NCBI GenBank assembly: GCA_019894955.1
Contig: JAGXNQ010000001.1
Location: 1-53,718, forward strand
Direction of reading: 5' to 3'
Length of the DNA: 53,718 nucleotides
From: Promethearchaeota archaeon
GTDB taxonomy: Archaea > Asgardarchaeota > Lokiarchaeia > Sigyniarchaeales > SOKP01
The notes under the pieces were generated by a model. The model was given only the letters and a program-made list of their open reading frames with translations. It made no database searches and was not told the origin of the DNA. Shown piece by piece: positions 44,006 through 51,588 of the stretch. The first letter of the stretch is position 1; each line of letters starts with the position of its first letter. The position numbers and the translations under genes were made by a program.

Positions 44006-45751
44006 TTATACTAATTTATTCCCACATTTGTTACAAAACGCGTAATCAGAAGATAATATTGCCCCACATTGTGAACATGTTAAAAATTCTTTAGGTTGAG
44101 GTTCTTCCTCTATACTAGGTTTTGGACTTGATGTTATTACTGTGAACGAATTAGATTCTGGTTCAATATTTGCTACATTTGGAATAATTCTCAAAGTAGA
44201 TGATTCTTCTATCTTTGGTTCCTTGCTTGAAGCGAAAGATACGAATGGGGCTGATTCTTCAATTTTCACATTTTCCGTTTTTTGTGTTAATGCTTGGAAT
44301 AACGAAGGTGTGCTCATAGTTGCGTCTGATTTAGGAAAAACTACTTCTTGTTCCGGACCCCCCTTTTTCTTTTCTTTTTTCAGTTTTTCTTTTTTACTTT
44401 GTTTCATTTCCTCAATCAATCTATCTTGCTTTTCTTTCTCCTCTTTAAATTTAATTTCTTTTTCCTTTTTCTTCTTATCTTTATCAAGCTTTTTCTTTTC
44501 TTTTTTAGATATAATTGTTTCTGGCATATAGTCAACTAATGATTGAGAAGGTGGAGAAATAGTTGTGGAACTTGGTGCTGGTTCAAATGTCATTGAGGCA
44601 GGTTTGGGTTTTATTGGTTCCTCTTTTTTTGAAACAATAAACGGTACAGTTTTCGTAGTGGTGGTTTGAGGTGAAATTGTTCCTTTATGAGATTTAAATT
44701 CTTCTGGAGTGGGGGCAGGAACAGGTATATTAGGAGAAAAAGGAACGGTTTTTGGTTTATATGATTCTTTTATTGGTCCTTGAGATAATTTTGAAGATTG
44801 CGTTGTTTTTTGTGGCATTTTTGCTTCTTGCGAGAAAATTTCTTCTGGTGTTTTAAATTCAAATTCAGCAGGATCTGGAATGGAAACTTCGGGTATGGAT
44901 GTAAATTCAAATGAAGGTATTGGTTTTGTTTTTGTTTCAATTATTGGTGTTGTTTTTGTTTCAATTATTGGTGTTGTTTTTGTTTCAATTATTGGTTCTG
45001 GCACGGGAGGTGCAGCATATTTGATTTCTGGAATTATTCTTACGGGTTCTGGTATGGGAGGTGCGTCATATTCGATTTCTGGAACTATTCTTACGGGTTC
45101 TGGTACGGGAGGTGCAGCAAAATCATTAGTCTCTAATAGAAATGAACTTCTTTCCTCATTACTACTTACCGGGATTTGACCAGGATTATATACAATATTG
45201 TTTAATAGTTGTGCTGGAACTCCTTGACCAATCATCAAGCAAGCTAAGATATAGAAACAATCTCCAACGCCGTCCCCTGTTTTAGCAGAAGTCTCCATAT
45301 AATAGAGGTTAAAATCTCGGGTAAAATTATTTATTTCTTCAAGTGAAACCATACGTTGATCAGTTAAATCGCTTTTATTTCCCACAAGCAACAATGGAAT
45401 TTCGGTTTTTAGATTAGCTCTCACTTCTTCAATCCATTGAGGTAAATGTTCAAAGCTTACTGCATTGGTAAGATCAAATACTAAGACTGCTCCAAGTGAA
45501 CCTCTATAATACATTGGACGGATTGAGCTAAAGCGTTCTTGACCTCCTGTGTCCCAAAGTTGGAGTTTGGCTTTGATAGGTCCTTCTATGGTATTAATGG
45601 TTATTGTCTTTACGTGAAAGTCAACTCCAATTGTCATTTTATAATCTTCTGTAAAAAAATCCTTGGAAAAGCGTAAAGTTAGAGCGGTTTTACCTACGCC
45701 GCCATCCCCTACGACGATTGATTTAAACAAGTAGTCATATTCTTCTGACAT
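44006..45751 (-). CDS. Rab-like small GTPase with a ~380-aa repeat-containing disordered tail and a C-terminal Zn ribbon
   Basis: G motifs are G1 GDGGVGKTA, G2 YKMTIGVDF, G3 WDTGGQERF, G4 GNKSDL and G5 ETSAKTG. The tail has repeats APPVPEPVRIVPEIEYD x2.5 and IIETKTTP x3, a KEKEKK-rich block and the final CSQCGAILSSDYAFCNKCGNKL. There is no CAAX or CC motif. Confidence 0.85.
   Translation of the reverse strand: MSEEYDYLFKSIVVGDGGVGKTALTLRFSKDFFTEDYKMTIGVDFHVKTITINTIEGPIKAKLQLWDTGGQERFSSIRPMYYRGSLGAVLVFDLTNAVSFEHLPQWIEEVRANLKTEIPLLLVGNKSDLTDQRMVSLEEINNFTRDFNLYYMETSAKTGDGVGDCFYILACLMIGQGVPAQLLNNIVYNPGQIPVSSNEERSSFLLETNDFAAPPVPEPVRIVPEIEYDAPPIPEPVRIIPEIKYAAPPVPEPIIETKTTPIIETKTTPIIETKTKPIPSFEFTSIPEVSIPDPAEFEFKTPEEIFSQEAKMPQKTTQSSKLSQGPIKESYKPKTVPFSPNIPVPAPTPEEFKSHKGTISPQTTTTKTVPFIVSKKEEPIKPKPASMTFEPAPSSTTISPPSQSLVDYMPETIISKKEKKKLDKDKKKKEKEIKFKEEKEKQDRLIEEMKQSKKEKLKKEKKKGGPEQEVVFPKSDATMSTPSLFQALTQKTENVKIEESAPFVSFASSKEPKIEESSTLRIIPNVANIEPESNSFTVITSSPKPSIEEEPQPKEFLTCSQCGAILSSDYAFCNKCGNKLV
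44921..44992. repeat. Coding tandem repeat, 3 x 24 nt (tggtgttgtttttgtttcaattat) encoding (IIETKTTP)3 on the minus strand
   Basis: Units at 44921, 44945 and 44969. Units 2 and 3 are identical and unit 1 differs at 2 positions. Confidence 0.9.
44994..45119. repeat. Coding tandem repeat, ~2.5 x 51 nt encoding the APP(V/I)PEPVRI(V/I)PEI(E/K)Y(D/A) repeats
   Basis: Units at 44994-45044 and 45045-45095, with a partial unit at 45096-45119. A few substitutions occur between units. Confidence 0.9.
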
Positions 45752-45956
45752 GGCGATTCGACCATTTTCTTATGAGAATTATTATAGTGAACTGATATAC
45801 TATTACTAAATTGTAGTAATTATTATTATTAATATAAGTTTAATTTATTATATTTTTACTTATTTTACTATTTTACGTTTATACCTAATACAAGAACAAT
45901 TTTTCTTCAAATATACGACTAATAGAGGAATATTTATTTTATCTATTTAAAAGTAG

Positions 45957-46856
45957 TTATTTCTTTATAGTTTTGCTTAATTCAGCTGCTTCTTTATTAA
46001 GATCATTGTTTTCAACCCATTCTTTTAAATCCTCTAATTGATCTGCAAAATAATCATAAGAATGATCTTTATTTGGATAAATAGCATTTATCACTTCATT
46101 CTTATATTGATTTAATGCTTCAATTATAGATTCTCTTACATTTCCAAAGTACTTTAAAAATTTTGGCTTGAAATCTGTGAAAATACCTAACATATCATGC
46201 AATACGAGAATTTGTCCATCACAATGTGATCCCGCACCTATCCCTATTGTTGGAATATCTATTTCTTTAGTAATAAGTTCTGCGATTTGCCAAGGTATAC
46301 TTTCTAATACTATTGAAAAAACACCCGCTTTTTGAAGATTTTTTGCATCTAATATTAGATGTTTTGCATTTTCAATTGTTTTTCCTTGTACCATAAATCC
46401 TCCAAACCTGTATATTTTTTGAGGTGTAAGACCAATATGACCCATTACTTCAATATCAGCATCTATCATTCTCTCGATCGTGGTACAAATTTCAGTTCCT
46501 CCTTCAACTTTTACAGCTTCTGCACCTCCTTCTTGGATGAATCTACCGGCGTTTTTCACAGCATCTGTTTTATTTATTTTATAAGATAAAAAGGGCATAT
46601 CTCCAACGATTAAAGCATTTGAGACAGCTCTACTTACAGCCTTAGTATGATGAATCATTTCATCCATCGAGACTGATAACGTATTCTGATATCCTAGCAT
46701 AACCATTGCTAATGAATCTCCCACAAGAATTAAGTCTATATCACAAGCATCGACTATTTTAGCTAGAGCATAATCATAAGCAGTAATAGTTACTATTTTT
46801 TCTCCATTTTGCTTTTTTTCTAAAATATTCTTTATCGTAACTTTTTTTAGGGACAT
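45957..46856 (-). CDS. panB: 3-methyl-2-oxobutanoate hydroxymethyltransferase (ketopantoate hydroxymethyltransferase)
   Basis: Blocks ITAYDYALAKIVD...ILVGDSLAMVMLGY, VGDMPFLSY, VKVEGG and GHIGLTPQ are present. A ~35-aa C-terminal extension follows. Confidence 0.92.
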   Translation of the reverse strand: MSLKKVTIKNILEKKQNGEKIVTITAYDYALAKIVDACDIDLILVGDSLAMVMLGYQNTLSVSMDEMIHHTKAVSRAVSNALIVGDMPFLSYKINKTDAVKNAGRFIQEGGAEAVKVEGGTEICTTIERMIDADIEVMGHIGLTPQKIYRFGGFMVQGKTIENAKHLILDAKNLQKAGVFSIVLESIPWQIAELITKEIDIPTIGIGAGSHCDGQILVLHDMLGIFTDFKPKFLKYFGNVRESIIEALNQYKNEVINAIYPNKDHSYDYFADQLEDLKEWVENNDLNKEAAELSKTIKK

Positions 46857-46963
46857 AAAATCACTACTATTTAATTTTGAAAAGTGATATGAATGTTAAT
46901 TTTTATTTTTAACTAAATTTGTCATTCAAATTATAATTTTATTTCTGTAATAAACTATTTTTT

Positions 46964-47920
46964 TCAAGTAAAAGCAGTTTCCAATATCTTTTGAAACTTT
47001 TCTAGTTCAATTTTTATCTCATTTATCATATTTGCTGGCATACTTACTTCTATATAAAAAATATTATCTCCTTCTTTTGAAGATACTGAGAACATTTTTA
47101 CATATTCCGTTTTTTCTTCTGATATTGATACTCTATCATCAATATTCACGTTATTATCCTTAAGTCTCTGAAAAAACTCAAGATCATCATTAATTTTGGT
47201 ACTAATAATCTCCTCAAATGCTCTTGTATCCATAGTTTCTTTATAATGATCTGCTATTACAATCCCTGATTCGGTATATATTATTGCATGATTACATCCA
47301 AATTTATCGACTAGGATTTTTAATTCCTTACTACTTTGTTCCAAACTTAGCAACTTGTTTAGAGAATAGGATATAGCTTTTGAAATGGAAGAAATATCAT
47401 AGTAGGAAGTGTGAAAGAATTTAAATTTCATATCTTGATTTTGAGATGCGATTAAATTTTCCAACATTATACCACGATCTTGAAAATCTGTATCATTTTT
47501 AAATCTCGGATCATGCTTATTAAAACATACTACAACATCATTCGTGTAATCCATTCCTCTATAAATATTTAAAAGATCATATAAATATTGCATTACTTCA
47601 TCAAATTTCAATTCATCTTGTATATCAATGAGAAAATAGAGGTAATCAGTTTCAGAAAAATATATAGGATTATTGACGTAAATCTTTCTAAATTTTTTCT
47701 GGCCTCCCATATCCCAGATGTTAATCCTATAGGTTTCAAGGAATTTAAAAGAACTATAATCAATTTTTATAGTTGGTTTTAAATTTTTGATTCGTTCATA
47801 AAAGTTATATTTCTGACGTAAAGCGATTAATGCACTACTTTTCCCAGCATTGTCTAAACCAGCAATAACTAATTTAAACTCTTTATAATTATGTTTTATA
47901 CCTGACATTTTCAAGAACAA
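46964..47920 (-). CDS. Arf/Sar-like small GTPase with a C-terminal roadblock-like domain (Rag/Gtr-like architecture)
   Basis: G motifs are G1 AGLDNAGKSS (Sar1/Arf-type P-loop), G3 WDMGGQ and G4 FNKHD. The C-terminal ~130 aa carries LKILVDKFGCNHAIIYTESGIVIADHYKE...AFEEIIS...FYIEVSMP, an alpha-beta-beta pattern typical of roadblock domains. Confidence 0.75.
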   Translation of the reverse strand: MFLKMSGIKHNYKEFKLVIAGLDNAGKSSALIALRQKYNFYERIKNLKPTIKIDYSSFKFLETYRINIWDMGGQKKFRKIYVNNPIYFSETDYLYFLIDIQDELKFDEVMQYLYDLLNIYRGMDYTNDVVVCFNKHDPRFKNDTDFQDRGIMLENLIASQNQDMKFKFFHTSYYDISSISKAISYSLNKLLSLEQSSKELKILVDKFGCNHAIIYTESGIVIADHYKETMDTRAFEEIISTKINDDLEFFQRLKDNNVNIDDRVSISEEKTEYVKMFSVSSKEGDNIFYIEVSMPANMINEIKIELEKFQKILETAFT

Positions 47921-48099
47921 GGATAATTTATAATATTCAATCTTTAAAAATTTAAATAATAAATCTCATTTCAGATATTTATTCTTTTTTATTTTCAGTG
48001 GTTTTCTATATCTAATTTGTTTTATAGGTATAATTTAGAAAATTCAAAAAAATTTTTTAAGAAACGAATCCTTAAATATTTCTAAAAGAAAGTTAGGAT

Positions 48100-49134
48100 T
48101 TGAAAAAGATGGACCCAAAAGAAATTGATTTTTACTCACTTGGTTTCAATTTTATAGAAACCAAAATGATGTATGTAGCAGATTATAAAGATGGTGAATG
48201 GAGTGAAGGACAATTAGTTCCATTTTCCAACTTTGAGATCTCACCGGCAGCATGTGTTTTAAACTATGGTCAAGGTATTTTTGAAGGAATGAAAGCTCTC
48301 AAAACGAAAGATGGTGAAATCACACTCTTTCGTCCCAAAGAAAATGCAAAGCGATTGAATAAAAGTGCGAGTCGAATGTTAATGCCTACTTATGATATTG
48401 AGTTATTTATCAATGCTCTTAAACAAGTTGTAAAGGCAAATGAGGATTTCATACCGCCTTATGATAGCGGAGGTGCACTTTATATACGACCCTTGATGAT
48501 TGGGAATGGTCCTATATTGGGAGTAAAACCTGCTCTAGAATACAAATTTATCATCTACACCGTTCCTGTTGGACCGTACTTTCCCGAAGGCTTTAGAGGT
48601 ATTGATTTAGAAATGTCCACGATTTACACCAGAGCCGCTCCAGGCGGAACAGGTTCAGCAAAAACTTGTGCAAATTATGCAGGATCAATGTTACCTGTTA
48701 AAGAAACTAAATCTAGGGGTTTTTCACAGGTTATCTTTTTAGATGCTGTAAATAGAGAATATATTGAAGAAGTTGGAACAGCTAACTTTTTTGCCGTAAT
48801 TGATGGTGCTTTGATCACACCTAAAACGTCAGGGACAATTTTACCAGGAATTACAAGAAAATCTATATTAGAATTAGGTGATAAGAAATTAGGAATGGCG
48901 ACAGAAGAGAGGGATATTTCATATAAAGAAATTTTTGAAGAGTCTTGCACCGAGACCTTTTGTGCAGGAACTGCCGCTGTTATTACTCCAATTAAATCTG
49001 TTGTATTAGAAGATAAAAAGAGAATATTTAGTGATGGTGAACCTGGAGAAACGACAAGGAAACTTTATGAACTATTAACAGGAATCCAGCGAATGGATAT
49101 TGAGGATGAATATGGTTGGGTTGTAAAAATTTAG
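48100..49134 (+). CDS. ilvE: Branched-chain amino acid aminotransferase (fold type IV PLP enzyme)
   Basis: Blocks VLNYGQGIFEGMKA, RLNKSASRM, LYIRPL, EEVGTANFF and LPGITRKSI are present. The probable start is the ATG at 48109. Confidence 0.92.
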   Translation: MKKMDPKEIDFYSLGFNFIETKMMYVADYKDGEWSEGQLVPFSNFEISPAACVLNYGQGIFEGMKALKTKDGEITLFRPKENAKRLNKSASRMLMPTYDIELFINALKQVVKANEDFIPPYDSGGALYIRPLMIGNGPILGVKPALEYKFIIYTVPVGPYFPEGFRGIDLEMSTIYTRAAPGGTGSAKTCANYAGSMLPVKETKSRGFSQVIFLDAVNREYIEEVGTANFFAVIDGALITPKTSGTILPGITRKSILELGDKKLGMATEERDISYKEIFEESCTETFCAGTAAVITPIKSVVLEDKKRIFSDGEPGETTRKLYELLTGIQRMDIEDEYGWVVKI

Positions 49135-49155
49135 ATCTTCTTTTTTTTCAAATAT

Positions 49156-50364
49156 TCAAGTAATCATTATAATCAACTTCATAATAAAATAAGCTGCAAA
49201 AAGAATCCCTAAACATATAAAAGTTGGAGCTGAAAGGGTTTTAATTGTTTTTTTAAAATCTGTTTTAAAGTAGTTGATATTATATGCAAGACATGGATGG
49301 AGTGGTGTTATTAAATAGCCTAAAAAAATTGCTACGTACATAAAGGTAAAATTAAATAGAGGCATAATAAATAGTGAATTTTGAGTTAGATAAATTGGAA
49401 TTAAAATGGAAATAGGTAATTGTACTCTACCTGTTGCAAATCCTAAAAAAAATCCTATTAGGATGAATAATTCAAAGGAAAGGTTCAAACCCCCTAAGTC
49501 CTCAGGAATACTAGAACTAATAAACACATCTAAAAACAAGAACATTGCAATTATTAATAGAGGAAATCTCCAAATTTTCATTTTTTTCATAATTTTAAAA
49601 ATTGAAGAAGGTGTTGTGTGAGAAATTTGTAAAGCGATACTAATACTAGTAAATAGACCAATTAACAGAAAAAATTCTGGTACAATAAATGGAAAGAATA
49701 ACCGACCTAGGAAATCTATGATGGGAGCAATAATAATTGGAAAGATATTATATAAAACAACTTTCAAATTTCTTTCTGAATTTGTGTTTCTTGATGTAAT
49801 TGGCCTCAATAGTGTAATATATCCAATTGCAAACATCCCAAAAAATGGAATTATTAGTGCGATGATTATATTATAGAGCGCCAATCCCGATAGAGAACTA
49901 GCAACTAATATTGCAGAAGATAAGGGGTAAATTAAAAGTAAAACATGTCGATACCATACATTAATACTCACTTTTTTATGTGAAGAAAGGGTTGGATCAA
50001 TTTGATCTACAATTGGAGCAGACATTAGGGCACCTCCAGCAACAGGCAGGAGACCAAATATAGCAGGGCTTAACATTAATGATATTTTATTCGAAACACG
50101 TAATTTATTGATGAGTTCTAAAATTAATCCAGATTCTTCCATAATTCCACCTAAAAGTGCTATAAGAAAAACAGATAAGGCAATTAATATAGTAGACAAT
50201 TCGCAAAAAACATTTAAGCTAGATTTAAACAAATCTACGTTTGTAAGTACTCCAAGTAGTATCGATCCAAAGATTAAGACTATTCCTAATTCTTTTTTTG
50301 AAAAAAATAATATTAACGTAAGAACGATTAAAAAACTCAACCAAGCAGGAATCATAAAGATCAT
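49156..50364 (-). CDS. Polytopic integral membrane protein (10-12 TM helices; ion-transporter-superfamily/DUF401-like)
   Basis: 402 aa of near-continuous hydrophobic helices. The start lies 20 nt after the stop of the upstream small GTPase gene. Confidence 0.7.
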   Translation of the reverse strand: MIFMIPAWLSFLIVLTLILFFSKKELGIVLIFGSILLGVLTNVDLFKSSLNVFCELSTILIALSVFLIALLGGIMEESGLILELINKLRVSNKISLMLSPAIFGLLPVAGGALMSAPIVDQIDPTLSSHKKVSINVWYRHVLLLIYPLSSAILVASSLSGLALYNIIIALIIPFFGMFAIGYITLLRPITSRNTNSERNLKVVLYNIFPIIIAPIIDFLGRLFFPFIVPEFFLLIGLFTSISIALQISHTTPSSIFKIMKKMKIWRFPLLIIAMFLFLDVFISSSIPEDLGGLNLSFELFILIGFFLGFATGRVQLPISILIPIYLTQNSLFIMPLFNFTFMYVAIFLGYLITPLHPCLAYNINYFKTDFKKTIKTLSAPTFICLGILFAAYFIMKLIIMIT

Positions 50365-50384
50365 AATTGTTAATTGTTTACAAC

Positions 50385-50915
50385 TTATTTCTGATGATAA
50401 GAGAGTCTATTTACCAAAATATCAAAAGCCTCTTTTACGTTATACCCCGTTTTTGATGATATCTTAAGGTAATTGATATTTATATGACTCCTTTCTATAA
50501 TATTATTGAGATAATTATCAATAATCACAATCATGTTATTGTCTACAAGGTCATATTTTGTTCCCAAGATTAACGTTGGCATGGTACTAAATTCTCTTAA
50601 TCTTTCTAACCATTCTTCAACATTCTGAAGACTTGTAATGCGTGTTAAATCAAATAAGATAAATATTGCTATAGAACCATCAACAAAATCCTCAAGTAAT
50701 GTCCTAAATTGTCTTTGACCTGCAAAGTCCCACATTACGAAATTAATTTCACTTCCATTAATATTCATATTTTTGGAAAAGAAATCAATGCCCCTCGTTA
50801 GTTCGCTTTTCATATTGAAATTATCATAAACTAAGCGATTTAGGAAGGAAGTTTTTCCAACTCCCCCTCCTCCAGTCACGACTACTTTTACATTCTTTCT
50901 TATCTGAGGATTCAT
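50385..50915 (-). CDS. Minimal Rab/Ras-like small GTPase (176 aa)
   Basis: G motifs are G1 GGGGVGKTS, G2 LTRGIDF, G3 WDFAGQ, G4 GTKYDL and G5 ISSKTG. There is no lipidation motif. Confidence 0.85.
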   Translation of the reverse strand: MNPQIRKNVKVVVTGGGGVGKTSFLNRLVYDNFNMKSELTRGIDFFSKNMNINGSEINFVMWDFAGQRQFRTLLEDFVDGSIAIFILFDLTRITSLQNVEEWLERLREFSTMPTLILGTKYDLVDNNMIVIIDNYLNNIIERSHININYLKISSKTGYNVKEAFDILVNRLSYHQK

Positions 50916-51112
50916 ATCTATTTTTATCTAATTTATGATTTAAAATCACATAATTGTATTTGATTTCTGTAATATAAGAACAAAATAAAAATTTATCATT
51001 CACATATGTGTTCATTAGTGTTGGAATTATTATTCCATTATTTGTCTAGAATCTGCTTATTATGAACTAGAGATAGTTATATAGCACGAGATAAAAAGTA
51101 AAATTAGATATA

Positions 51113-51556
51113 TTAGGCTTTTTTAATTTTGCTAAAAGACTTCTTGTAATCTTTAGGGTTTCCACCAGAGCTCAAAAAATCTATATACACTTTAAGGCTT
51201 TTTAAAAATAAATCTCCAGCCATATCAAGAACAAATCGTTGATCTTCTAACTCAAATTCTGTCCAGAGCGTTACTATTACACTATCTCCTTTGGAAGAGA
51301 AAATATATCCTATTTTTTGCATTGGACTTCCTTCTTGTGTTGAAGTCATCTTTTTTTCGGGGATATTTTCAATTTCAGTATTGATAACATCTCCAACATT
51401 AGTTTTTAAGAAATATTTATGGGGTTCTATTTGTTCACATTCCGTCACCACAATATTCCACACTGGAAGACTTAGATAATCATTCAGAATTTCATATACT
51501 TTTTGTAAAGAAGCATCAATTTCTATACTTTTTTCTAACCTAGGCATAATTATCAA
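51113..51556 (-). CDS. SRPBCC (START/Bet v1-like) ligand-binding fold protein
   Basis: The pattern LEKSIEIDASLQKVYEILNDYLSLPVWNIVVTECEQI...VIVTLWTEFELED...LFLKSLKVYIDFL is typical of the polyketide-cyclase/CoxG-like SRPBCC family. The length is 147 aa. Confidence 0.75.
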   Translation of the reverse strand: MIIMPRLEKSIEIDASLQKVYEILNDYLSLPVWNIVVTECEQIEPHKYFLKTNVGDVINTEIENIPEKKMTSTQEGSPMQKIGYIFSSKGDSVIVTLWTEFELEDQRFVLDMAGDLFLKSLKVYIDFLSSGGNPKDYKKSFSKIKKA

Positions 51557-51588
51557 ATAAATTGATATTACTTTTAAAAATATTCATA

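Noticed and set aside
44921-45119. Tandem direct repeats that could be mistaken for a CRISPR array or minisatellite
   Set aside because: The units are contiguous with no spacers and are in-frame (24 and 51 nt). They sit inside a long ORF and encode peptide repeats. No cas genes are present in the window.
44142-45179. Three plus-strand ORFs (129, 63 and 99 aa) inside the GTPase tail region
   Set aside because: They lie antisense to the K/E- and P/T-rich repeat region. They translate to poly-F/S/L or G/S/I low-complexity strings, which is typical of shadow frames in AT-rich, repeat-rich coding DNA.
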